From positions 1 to 64,000 of the forward strand of contig CDMY01000473.1 in assembly GCA_001179505.1 (NCBI GenBank): a stretch of 64,000 bases of DNA. The letters are read 5' to 3'. Positions 15,001 through 25,942 of the stretch are shown here, piece after piece. The translations under genes were made by a program, and so were the position numbers. The notes beneath the pieces were generated by a model. The model searched no databases. It worked only from the letters and a program-made list of their open reading frames with translations, and was not told where the DNA came from. Source of the stretch: Vitrella brassicaformis CCMP3155. Its lineage: Eukaryota > Protista > Chromerida. Position 1 is the stretch's first letter; each line of letters opens with the position of its first letter.

Positions 15001-18000
15001 GTTTTGTCATCGTACGAGGTATCCTCTTGGCACTTGAGTATTCGTTTGCCGTAAAGGACATAATTAGGAGGACACTCAAGCACCACAGTCGTGTTGATTC
15101 GCATGCTCATGCCCTGCGCTACTCGCGGGGCGATGTATGGCTTGCCGAGGCCTGGGTCGACTGGGTTGGCCGGAGGAGCACACTTTCCAGTCAGCGACAC
15201 TGCATATGAGGGGCACAGACGGACAAATGTGCAAACGGCACGCTCAGCGCAGGGCAATCCGCTTCTCTGTCCTGTTGCCGTACCGCATGATGGTACGTAT
15301 GCCTGTTGTCCATTCAGGTCGACAAAGTAGTGGTTTGGCCCCTCTGTGGTAGTACTTACGCCCATACCCGAGTACAGGCCCATAAGTACGTCAAGCAGCC
15401 CCTTCATGGTCTCCTGTTCCTCGCTCTTGGGTGGCGCGACGCCAATGCAAGTCAACACCGCCGACAGATGAGGCTCCACTTTGAGACCGCCAGGACATTG
15501 CAGATAGACTTTGGTGCCTGTGACCACGGGCCGATGAGCGACGCGGAATGTCATGTGTTTGGTGCTTTCGATCTCGTCCATTGGACAGATCCCTGGTAGA
15601 GACGCAGACGACCCAGCCAGTGGCGTGAGCTAATGTGTGTTGACCTGTCTTTTACCTTTGCACACTGGGAATTTGCCTCGAAATGTTCCGGTGTCTCCCG
15701 AGCACGATATCTTTTTGTCACCTACAAGCGCTGTATTGTTCGGACACTCGAACTGAATCTCATCCCCTGGCTCGAAGAAGGGGTCTGAAAAGATGAGGCG
15801 AGGGATGCTCTCGCCCACGCTGACGTAAGGGTACTCAGGCATGCGACACGGCTTCTGGACAACTGCAGATAAGATAGAGGGCCGAACATGGACGAGGGAG
15901 GCATGTATCACAAGAAATATAAACTACTGGCGCCTCGCAGGCTTACTTATGCATGACGGGACCTCTTTTTGTGTGGGATAGAACTGCCACCGGCCATCCT
16001 CACGGCAGAGCGTCCGATCCGGTGCACCTACATACACGACAAATGGCACGGATGTATGCTATGTAATCTGTGGTCCTATCACCTTTCGGCCATGAGGTGC
16101 CTGGCGCTGTACATCGGAATGTTGCCTGCGACCCTGATGTGATGCCGTCGTAGTCGACCGTGCCATTGACGGGGACAGGAGGTGGGCCGCAACTGACTGC
16201 ATATACATATGATGAGCAGGAGCAGAAACACAACAAAGGAGGAGAATATCAATCAAGACAGCCATCGATCGACTGCTCCAGTGTCTCGATCGATTTTTGT
16301 CACCTGTCCTCAGGAGCGTGAAGGGATCTCCTGGCTTCTCGTGAAAGGTCTTTCCAATGCGCTGTATATCGTCATCGGTGAGCGCACGCTGGTACATGAG
16401 AATTGTCCGGATTCTGGTCTCCCGCAAGCAGTGTGCCGCCTGGCTGCCCTCGAGCATGTGTGTCTCAGGTCTGTTGTCGTCACTCGAGGCTGCGGGAGGC
16501 TTGACGCGACACCCAAGATCCAGAAAGCCACGCTCAACGGCCGTCGGGTTTACCCAGTCTGAATCTTTGGGCCTTGTGAGCAACAACTTCCCGTTTCTGT
16601 CAAGCAGGGAGAAACAAGTGGGCAAACGTGGAGGGATGGACGACGGATGACGCTATCGCCTGCTCACTTGAATATCTGCGTTTTGAAGTCGCGTCGTCGG
16701 ATGGCCCATACCTCCCACTCATTTAGAATGGGTTGATTTGTGGCCTCGTGGCGGACCATTCCAAGCCGGGGGAGTTCCTTTGGTGGCGGTCCACCCACTG
16801 TGTCATACCCCATAGTCTCGAGCAGAGCCTGCTCAGGGTTATCAGCCGCCTCTTGTAGCGAAACGACATTTGCGAAACTCTCGGCTGCGAGTGCTGGGTT
16901 GGGGGAGCCCTGCGCGATCTCCAACCGGCCACTAAGGAAGGTGCACAAAGCAGAGCAGACGACAAGCAGCGGTTCTTTCGACAATTGTGTGTGCACCCAT
17001 TTATGAGCCTACATACATTGGGCTTTCGGGCTCTACGGTGAGCTGAATCTCCCAGTTTGCTTTGAATTCACCTCCAGTCCAGCTCAGCAGGACTTGCGTG
17101 AGATGTGGTGCCGATGCAACAGCCTCTTCGTCTTCTTCTCCAGGCTGTGTCGCGTTCATCCGCGGCGGCCACTTCACATGGAGAATGATAGTTATATCGC
17201 CTCTCGCAAACAAACGGTAGAGCAAATGGCTTGTCATCCATGAATCCTCTTTGAAATATATGGAGTTGGTCGATCTGAGCAGACGGACGGAGCCATGCAG
17301 TGCAGTGTTCGGACTTTGTTTGAATGTGTGGACTCTCTTTTGGCCTTCTTTGCTTGCCTATCGTAGAAGGGCGCATTTTTAGAGTACGGCTGACTGAAGT
17401 CGCCAAACCATCTCCTGCAATCTGATCCCCTCAAGTCGCTCCAAGAAGTGACTCGCTCGCCAAAGGGCCACTTGGCGGTTGAGACGGAAAAATGATACGC
17501 TGAGTAAGCGCCAACCAGCCCCTCGCATGGAATTGTCAGGTGCTGGGGGCATAAATCGCCTATGGCGCGGTCAACGGAAGAAGGGAGAGGCAAAAGACGT
17601 GTTTGACAGCAAGACACGAAGTGAGCAGCAGCGTGAGAGACCTACTCTTGGGTGCAATCCAATCGAATTGCCCAATTGCCTGCAGCAGGCGATACCCATC
17701 AGTCAAAGCAGCTGCCTGCTTTCCGCCCTCGTTTTTTGTCATCTCACCAGCCACGACACCGATTCTCTTGTATGCCACATTTCCCTACATCCACGCAAAA
17801 CAAGAGGAAAAGACATCTTGGCGGAAAGTCTTTCTCTTCTATATCCAAGCGTATATTGCCATCTACCGATCACTGCATCTTTCTTCTTGAACGAAGATCC
17901 TGTGTGTCAGAAAACGAGAAGCACATGTCAATCAATATGGACTTCTCTGGAGTTGTGCATATTCACTGACCGAGCATAATCACTGCCTCTGTTCTTGATG

Positions 18001-21000
18001 CGGAGCTCTGGTGGTCACAAGAAGGTAACAAGGAAAACGGATGCCTCAGGATGTATGCCTCAGTCGTACAGAGGGAGGACATGACTTAAATTGTCTGCTT
18101 ACGGCATGCATCTCCTCCTCTGAATGTTATGATGCTCATGAAGACCCTGTTGTTAGCGATGTTGCCACCATATGAAATCCGGTACAGCCTGTGGTTCACA
18201 CGGACGCCCTGCCAGACAGAGCGAGACATATAGATATTTAGATACGCGTCGCTCCTACTGACACTGTCTTTGCAGGGCACGTACCGTGTATCCTCCATTT
18301 ATGGGCACGCTGTCTGTGGGCGTAAGCAGCTGCGATTTGATGGGCTGGGAGAAAGCTACCCAGCCAAGAACTGGACGAGAGCGCGAGAAGCTACTTGCAA
18401 ATGCAATGCAGTTCTTGCCCTTTCCTTTTCCTGCCTTCATTGAACTCGCGCATATCACGACGGTCTCTAAACCCGGAACCCATGGTCTCGAGAGCGACCT
18501 GACAAATAAATGAGGCGGGAAAGAAGACAAGTAATGAATCCACACTGTCCGTCCGACGCCAAGGCCGCATTCAAATTACAGACATGGAAGCCTCTTGTGC
18601 CGATGCGATGCTTCTCGCTGACGCGAGGGTGCACGAAACGTCGACCGCTATTATCTGTTTGGACCTGCAATTAGACAAGAGGCACAGGACGAAGAGGCAT
18701 GATGGATCCACTAGATTTTGGCCTGACTGACTTGCACGACAACGATTGGCGGCTCAGTGAATGCTGCTTCAATGGGAAATGTCACATACGTCCACTTCCG
18801 ATTGCCCGCAAGCACCTTTCCAGCTTGATCAACCACAGAGAGAAAGCCAAAGAGAGAGCTGTCTTATCGATCCTGTCTTATGTTTGTCAGTTCTACCTGC
18901 AACTGTTATTCCCTCGGGGAGAGTCGGCATTGTTGTGGCAAGGTGTCTGTGCACGCCACTCTCAACGACCTGGCAAAACGGAAAACGGTAGAGTGCAGAA
19001 GCAGAAGCAAGCTCTGTGAGTGATTCCATGCTCGAGCAAGCCTCTCACCAGCCAGTCGATCGGCGTTCGGATGTGCCACTGGTCCCTGGAAACACACGAA
19101 GGAAGCGTGAGGAAGACACGCGCTACAGCCCAGATGAGACAACCGTATTCGTGCAACGTCGACGCACCTGCAGGGGAATGGCTCGTCCAATCTCATCTCG
19201 AAAGCGCCTGGATAGGACGGCAGACACATATGTTGAGAGTGACTGCAACTCACATGGCTCACCTGATCTGACGTTCTGCAATCGGACAACGGCCTCTTGG
19301 CCTCCACGCATGTCGGGGACACCTCCAATAACGACCTTCCAAATACAGAGGAAAGACACTTCAAAACACCGCCATGTGTCGTCGGATCATTCGTGTGCCT
19401 ACCGGATCACTAAAGTAGCTGTTGGTCTTGACCGTCAGCCAATTTCTGGTATGTGTCACCATTCTGCCGACCTCTATCGGAAACTGAACACCGGATGCTG
19501 CATGCATGACCGTGGAGACACATACGCACAGAGCCTTCACTCATTGCTATGTCAGCTTTAGTACCGTCCCAACAGGCGGTCCTCGTGGGCTTCCATTTCT
19601 CAAGCTCCTTGAAGGCGTAAGGGGCCTCGGTGCGCGCACGAACCTCAGGCGGAAGGATCTCGAGCTTGACGCTGACTCGCCCGCTAGGAAGCTTGTCATT
19701 GGGCTGGACCACCAGGCCATCAGGGGTCACCTTGAACTGAGCAAGCGACGGACAGACAGATACACAATGACCGAGTGAATGGATGAACGAATAACGTCGT
19801 GAAAGATGCGATCAAGACCAGTCTTGACTTATGCACTCGCTTGTTGTGTACCTACCTCGGCTGGCGGCCTCAGCACGTACGTGTCTCCAGTCTCAATATC
19901 GGTCAAGAGAATGCCCGTGATATGTTCTGGCGGAATGTCCTTCAGGTGGGCGGGCAGCGGAAGTGTCACGGCAGTGTACTTGCTGAGGAGGTGGTCGCCC
20001 ATATCTGAATAATTCATTCGCAGGCAGATTGACGATTGAGTGAATGTGGTCACGACACATGTGGATTGATCGAATATGGCCTTGTATGTGTACCTTCTTC
20101 CCTCGGGCCTTGTGGCGGCGGCTGCGTGCCTGCCTCTGCAGTTTTGGGAGGCTTCACCTCCACCTTGACGTCGTAGTCTCCGCTTGGGACCTTGTCATTT
20201 GGCTTGATGACGATTTTTCCATCTTCGGTCACCTCCACCTGCACGCCGGGCCAACGTGTGTGTGACACTGCGTGTCGATATGTCTTGCTGCTTTCTGTTT
20301 CTTGTTCCTCCATACTTCATCAGGCGGTGTCAGTGTTATCTTGTTGCCTTGATCGTCCTCCAAGGTCACCCCCGTGAAGTCCTCTGGCGGCCTGCCAGTG
20401 AGCTCTGGCGGCAAGGGCACTTCAGCGGGCTTTGTGTTGTCCACCGGGTGGCGGCCAAGGTCTTCCTCGCTGGGAGGTGGCGCTGCCGGCGGCGGCTGTG
20501 CGCCTGCCTCTGTGGGCTTGGGAGGTTTCACCCCCATTTTGACGTCGTAGTCTCCGCTTGGGACCTTGTCATTTGCCTTGATGACGATTTTTCCATCTTC
20601 GGTCACCTCCACCTGCACGCCGGGCCAACGTGTGTGTGACACTGCGTGTCGATATGTCTTGCTGCTTTCTGTTTCTTGTTCCTCCATACTTCATCAGGCG
20701 GTGTCAGTGTTATCTTGTTGCCTTGATCGTCCTCCAAAGTCACCCCCGTGAAGTCCTCTGGCGGCCTGCCAGTGAGCTCTGGCGGCAAGGGCACTTCAGC
20801 GGGCTTTGTGTTGTCCACCGGGTGACGGCCGAGGTCTTCTTCTTTAGGAGGTGGCGCTGCTGGCTTTGGCCTCAGACCGACCTTTACATCGTAATCGCCC
20901 TTCGGCACATTGTCGTTCGGTTTTATCAAGACCTCTCCTTCGTCCGTCACCTCAAACTGCATGTATGCAGTTACACATAGATACACATGCACGGCCAGGA

Positions 21001-22100
21001 AGAGAAAATGTTTTGGGATCGACTTGCTCTGTTACTTTGCGGCTTACGTCGTCAGGGGACAGCGTTATCTTGTTGCCGTCTTTGTCCTCGAGCGTCACCT
21101 CGGTCACGTCTTCTGGTCTGGTGTCCTTCAGCTCAGGTGGCAGTGGGACTTTTGATGGCTTGTCGGCCTCCAAGGGATGCTTCCCGAGACCTGTAAGCAG
21201 GAGACCGATAGGCGGACAGACAGACGCACCGAACAAAGGCATCCGTCAGTCAATCCCTGGCCTGTCTGTGCACACCATACATCGGAGCCGGCTTGCTTAC
21301 TCTCTTCTCTTGGTGGTCCTCGCGCGGCCTCCTCCGGCGGCTTGACCTCGACGGCCACATCATAGTCTCCTCCAGGCAGACGGTCGTTGGGCTGGCTGAT
21401 CACCAGCTGCCCCTCGTCATTGACCGTGAACTCATCGGGCGGCCGCAGGACGGTTGTCTGGCCCGTTTCTTTGTCTGTCATGACGACGCCCGTCACGTCT
21501 TCCTTCGATTTGGCCTTCAAGTTGGGCGGGAGCTCGATGTTTGTCGGCTTGTCGTCAGCTATCTTCTTCTCTCCCAGATCTGCACCACCACCGCACACAA
21601 CCGCCGTGCTGTGGTTGTGTGCGTGGGATTCATTGCAGCGCCTGGGTTAGCTTGCTGTTGGTTGGCTTGCCTTGTGTTATCGGTGGCTGTGTGGTCGTCT
21701 CTGGCTGTGGCGCTCTCGTGGGCGGCGGCTGTGTGGTCGTCACGAGCACCCAGTCCCGCAGGTCATAGGGCCGCATCTCGTGGCTCTCCGCCTCCGTTTC
21801 CACAAACGACACTGCATGATCGAGAGGAGAAATCACACAATTGAAGGGCGGCGACAATCCTCATTCCTCGCCCCGGAGGTACCTTCGCCATGGCTATGGA
21901 ACGGCGCAGGGTGTGCTGGTGCCTGAGGGAACATACAGAAGCGCATCGTGCGGCCGTGCGCCAATGGATCTCCTCCCATTTACCCTGTTGCCGGCGAAGA
22001 AAGACCACCAGGAAGCATCGACGCTTCCGACGCACAGGAATGTGAGGATTGTTGCTGCGATGAGCGAGGGGCGCCAACGCGCATTGCAAAAACTCTCCAT
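1..22100 (-). CDS. Giant multi-exon secreted/surface protein (3'-partial, continues past coordinate 1): signal peptide, Thr/Pro linker, ~85-aa repeats, lectin-like, LamG-like x2, sushi/CCP x9 or more, helical bundles
   Basis: ATG at 22100 gives MESFCNARWRPSLIAATILTFLCVGSVDAS (signal-peptide-like). Exon phases were checked and are compatible from 22100 to ~19600, across the repeat arrays, and at the 561-1373 exon into the 1-534 exons. Not every junction at 17.6-18.1, 12.1-12.7, 5.4-6.0 and 1.4-3.1 kb was traced, so a split into two genes cannot be excluded. Confidence 0.75.
2640..2830 (-). other. Isolated sushi/CCP domain (another at ~1200-1340)
   Basis: CSTTFFTSGKVLPKGRIAIGQKAKFSCFPGYDLVPQSGSELTCLKERKFNGPTPTCK; also CGPFPIDP..IRCVLG..AVCTAGGWKLPSGKFC. 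Confidence 0.8.
2964..3026. repeat. Intronic minisatellite (attcaggtagtcg x3), followed by a (CT)n tract
   Basis: Copies at 2964, 2985 and 3001. Confidence 0.85.
6140..8880 (-). repeat. ~1.05-kb tandem unit (2 protein repeats plus introns) present about 3 times, interrupted by two gaps
   Basis: ccaaatcccccacacagcat recurs at ~6182, 7231 and 7981. The exons DLGHHPVDSESP.., FDIVDGEIVIKQPN.KVPPGDYDI.. and DLGTHPIDPEKPDH.. recur. Confidence 0.9.
7519..7818. other. Assembly gap (300 N); same size at 8338-8637, 9796-10095, 34523-34822 and 56044-56343
   Basis: All five runs are exactly 300 N. At 8338 the intact paralogous copy (~6553) shows only 1 nt missing; at 34523 the flanks are duplicated. 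Confidence 0.95.
8880..12100 (-). repeat. Array of diverged and recently duplicated ~85-aa repeats (subtype B: LEVPLAPGVQPNTIDDVVLTP / LRVTLPFTLDTSTVQGIALTP)
   Basis: ORFs 11813-12130, 11478-11816, 9438-11468, 9629-10576, 9103-9453 and 8821-9066. 8975-9795 is repeated from 10096 onward, introns included. Confidence 0.85.
12840..13920 (-). other. LamG/ConA-like domain 2 of the giant protein
   Basis: GLYVANETSMDL..VSRIQRWRSMS, GPFVHFHGDQFL and TAEEQERVLQAYERRSKWG resemble bacterial-type LamG-like domains that end L...E...V..YL..KWG. Confidence 0.55.
14010..16200 (-). other. Cluster of 7 sushi/CCP domains of the giant protein
   Basis: Four-Cys modules, e.g. CGPPPVPVNG..ATFRC, CRMPEYP..IQFECPNNTALVGDKKISC..FRGKFPVC, CAPPANP..VLECPPNYVLYGKRILKCQEDTSYDDKTPAC and CPVPEVENG..IICQQDGTWRGEMPKC. 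Confidence 0.85.
16300..17560 (-). other. LamG/ConA-like jelly-roll domain 1 of the giant protein
   Basis: Begins GLVGAYSAYHFS...VTSWSDLRGS and ends RTILMYQRALTDDDIQRI, the typical LamG-like boundary motifs. Confidence 0.65.
18090..19480 (-). other. Three tandem H-type-lectin-like beta repeats (bacterial style) within the giant protein
   Basis: Spliced NWLTVKTNSYFSDP|VVIGGVPDMRGGQEAVVRLQNVR, then QWHIRTPIDWLV, QVQTDNSGRRFVHPRVSEKHRIGTRGFHV and VFMSIITFRGGDAC. These resemble the PVV..P...GG..A.VR..NV and QT.NG.D motifs of such repeats (recalled consensus). Confidence 0.5.
19600..21579 (-). repeat. N-terminal array of 5 coding copies of the ~85-aa repeat (DLGxHP..VPLPP..GVTLED..F.V..G..I.PND..P.GDYDV)
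   Basis: ORFs 21128-21598, 20952-21242, 20603-20992, 20229-20687, 20050-20313, 19829-20053 and 19410-19730. 20167-20465 is nearly identical to 20541-20840 (period 374 nt), including the intron. Confidence 0.9.
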
Positions 22101-22350
22101 TGTTGCGATGGAAACTCCGGAGGGCACTGCCCTCACAGAGCGGTGCGATAATCTGCAGGGCATTGCGCCACTGCAATGCGATGAAGAACTGCACGCGTCA
22201 GTCTCCTATTGGACTTTGAAATACTGAAGACAAAAAAGGTCAGGCTGGGGGCGCAGTGGGGGCGAGATCTGAAATGAGCTCGCAGACCTTAGTTCCCCCT
22301 CTCTCTTTCCCTTCTCAGCAGAATGCTGTGAACCTGAGCCTCGTTCCAGT
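22101..22350. promoter_or_regulatory. Short divergent intergenic region (candidate bidirectional promoter)
   Basis: Only 250 nt between the head-to-head ATGs at 22100 (-) and 22351 (+). No specific motif identified. Confidence 0.4.
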
Positions 22351-25300
22351 ATGCTTTTCGTCGCCGCCGTCAGCATGAGTCTCTTCATTGCTTCCGGTGC
22401 GAGCGTGCTGACTCACCACTTCCCAAATGCCGTAGCGGCGTTCCTAGAGGCGCCAGCGTCCAACGCTCTCCTCAGGTGTTGAATGGGTGTCACAGATCTA
22501 CGCCCTCTGGATGCATGCTTCGTATGCTTGGTTCCTTCTCCTTTTGGTGTGTATGTATGTGCTGCAGGCACTGTCCGTCTTCTTCGCTGCTTCGTGTCCG
22601 TCGGCACCGCGATGCCCTTCGTGCTACAAACGGCACTGGTCAGTCACAGCACACGACACACACGACACACAAGCTGACAGCCGACACACGAACATCCTCG
22701 ACTATCCATTTACGTGTGCGCGTGCGTTGCAGACGCCGTCCTGGCCCCTCCCTCTGACACAGACACCGACACGCCCACGTCCGTCGACATCGACGCCACC
22801 CTGACAGGCCTCAAGACGTCCCTTCGACGATACGGAGGCGAGATCATCCAACCCAACACACCCGGCGTCATCCAGGCGTATGACGACAAAGGCAATGATG
22901 ATGGTGCTGGTGGGCGTGAGGAAGAGCAGCCGTTCGATGAGGACGGCTTGCGTGAGGAGGTGCTGGGTGCGTCTGGCGGCCTGTCGCTGACCGATGTGGC
23001 GAGGGAGCGGAGGGGGGTGAATGAGGCTCCCGCTGGGGCTGCTGGTGGGGGAGGGCCTGCAGGCAACGACACTGCTGCTGGAGGTGAGGAGTACCTCTCG
23101 CCCATGGGGCTGGACTGGGAGAGGGCATTTAGTCTCGTCGACGAACAACAAGGTAGGTGAGTCACTCGAGGGCATGACCGTTCGTTCGTTCTGCTTGGCG
23201 TGTGTGTTAAGCCGTTGCTCATTTCGGCGTGTGTGTGGCAGAGATCGACCCGATGCTCGTTGCCTTCAACGCGGCGCTGAGTGCGTTCGATCGGCAGGGT
23301 CGGGGCAAAGAGGCCATGGAGGCCGTCAAGGTACGTCAACCAGCCACGCACACACACACACACAGTGTGATGATTCGTGTGTGTCTGTGTGTGTGTCTGT
23401 GTGATTGGTTCGTTCAGGAGATGTGGTCAGTGGGTGTGAAGCCTGACATGGTGACCTACACGGCAGCCATGTCGGCGTGCTGCAAGGCACACATGCCACA
23501 AGAGGTAGGTACAGCTTCATGGCCGCCTGAATGACCATCGCTCGTTCGTATGCGTGTGTGCGTGTGTGTGTGTGTGTGTGTGAGTTCAGGTGAAGCAGCT
23601 GCAGGAGTGGATGAGTGCTCAGGCGCTGAAGCCCGACGTGGTCATCTACAACATCATGCTCGAGTCGGCCACACACGGTGTGCACAAGTGCGATGGATGG
23701 ATGCCATCGCCCGACGAATGTGTGTGAGCTGTGCCGCGAGTCTGGGTGGTGTGTGTCTGTGTGTGCAGACAATGACTGGGTGGGTGCGGCGAGCCTCTAC
23801 GAGGAGATGAAGAAAGACCCCACGCTTGAGCCGACTGAACTCTCATACCTGCACATACTCACGTACACCCACACACAGAGAGGGAGAGGGGGAGGGGGAG
23901 GGAGAGAGCAACAACATGGCCTTGTTTCTCTGCGCTGTGTGGTGTGGTGTGATGTGATGCCTGCAGTGTGATGGACAGGGCAGAGCGGCCTGATCTCGCA
24001 ATCCAGTACCTCACAGACTACCAAGCCGCTTTCCACAGGTAGGTAGGTACCTTCACAGCCACACACACACACACACACACACACGTGTGCGCTGATCTCT
24101 GCACACCCAATTGCGTCATGTTTTACTGTCATTGCAGGATGACCCCCGCCGTGCTGAATGCGGTGCTCAGCTCGCTGGCCAAGTCGGGGTGGCTGACGGA
24201 AGCTATGGATATTTGGCAGAGGGTGGTGGGGGGCGACGGTGAGACGGCAGATGCCACCACTTACAGGCTCATGCTCATGTAAGGAGAGAGGGTGGCTGAG
24301 AGCACACCGTGCTCTCATCTCTGTCTGTCTGTCTGCCTCTTTCTAGTGCGTGTGTCAACGCCCGGTCGCCTGACATGGCCGAGGAGATCTGGGAAGGCTT
24401 CCAAACGAGCCAGGTGAGCTCACCACACATGTGCACCACCCATCCCCTTGTCTGTGGCTGGATGGATGTATGGGTCAGCATTGGGCCCAGCGCGACGCAT
24501 CCCATTTTCTCTACGCCCTGCGGGCCGCCGCGATCGGGGGAGACTTCGAGAGGGTGAGTGAGTGGAGGGAGGGTGACCACACAGCACAACACACCTCCAC
24601 ACCCCACGGTGCGTGTGTGCGGCGTGTGCAGGCGTATGAGCTTATGTCAGGCATGCAAGACCACGGCCTGCAGGCGGCCATCTCCCATTTCGAAGCCCTC
24701 ATACAAGGCAACGCCCACACCACAGCCCACACACTCCACTTGACACCGCACCCATTCTCATTCTCTCTCTGTCTGTGGATGCTGCAGCGTGTCGAGAGGC
24801 GGGGGAGTGGCGGGGCGCATTGCAGGCCCTCCGGCGGCTGTCGGCCGCCCGCATGCCGCCCACCCCCGCCATGTATGAGGACGTCATGGCGGCGTGTGCA
24901 CGAGTTGGTGACTGGGAGCCCCTCCTGGGCATCTTCTCGGAGATGACCAAATCGTCCGGCCTCTCGCCCACGCCACTCACCGTCCACTATGCCCTTGACG
25001 CCTGTTTTCGGCTCGACTAGTGTGTATGCCACACACAACGTTGCCTCTTCATATGTTCTGTGGAGGCGTTTGTTATTGTGTGTGTGTGTGTGTGTGTGTG
25101 TCAGTGCGCGTGATGCAGGTCAGCTGGTGCAGACGGCCCACGAGAGGCGGCTGACTCTGCTGCCGTCCACCCTGACGCTCATCGACAAGTGGCGGGAGCG
25201 CTCGCCCGACGTCCTGAGCGACGACATCATGCCCCCTCAGTTGCTCGAGGCACAGAGGAGGAGGCGTATCGGTGGTGGGGGTGCCGGCCCTCAGCCCATG

Positions 25301-25942
25301 CCCCCATCTCCATCACCCTCACAGCCGGAGCCTGCGGCAAGATCCACCCCACCCGAAATGACGCAGGGTGATCGTCGTGACGAGAGAGGTCCTCCACGAC
25401 AGCCGGAGAGGCCGCAAATGAGGCCTGCGGCACCGCCACAACCACCCCCACCCCGACCATCAAGACTCCCCCCTCCTGCTGCTGCCCCCCTTATCCGCCC
25501 TACAATGTCGCTCCCCTCCCCACCACCCCAGCCGATGCCCGGGATAGAGCGGCGGACAGAGGAGCCACCGGCGACTACACCTGGTGTTAGTGAAGGCGAA
25601 GGCGGTGATGCGTTGACCGAGCTGGAGAGGATGCTGGCGAGAGCCAAGATGGGACAGCCTCTCGGACCGATGTCTGCTCCACCATCGGGTGACGACAAGA
25701 GTGCTCCTAGTGGTGGTGGCGGCGGTGCAGATGAGTGGGAGAGGCAATTGGATGATTTGGTGGCCCAGGCCGCCCAGGAGACAAGGAACGAGATGTTGCG
25801 GCAGAAAGAGGAGGCTAGAAAAGGGTCAGGGGAGGAGCCGCCCTCACCCCCACCACAACCACCACCAGCAGCAGTGCCTGATGGGGCGATGGACGTGCAC
25901 CGCGACCCGGCTGCCAGGCTTCGCTTCCCGAGACTCGGTTAG
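22351..25942 (+). CDS. Pentatricopeptide-repeat (PPR) protein, probably plastid-targeted, with a Pro-rich C-terminal tail
   Basis: PPR motifs VAFNAALSAFDRQGRGKEAMEAVK|EMWSVGVKPDMVTYTAAMSACCK, KPDVVIYNIML, AVLNAVLSSLAKSGWLTEAMDIW and AMYEDVMAACARVGDWEPLLGIFSEM. Exons 1-2 give MLFVAAVSMSLFIASGASVLTHHFPNAVAAFLEAPASNALLRHCPSSSLLRVRRHRD. Stop at 25942. Confidence 0.88.
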
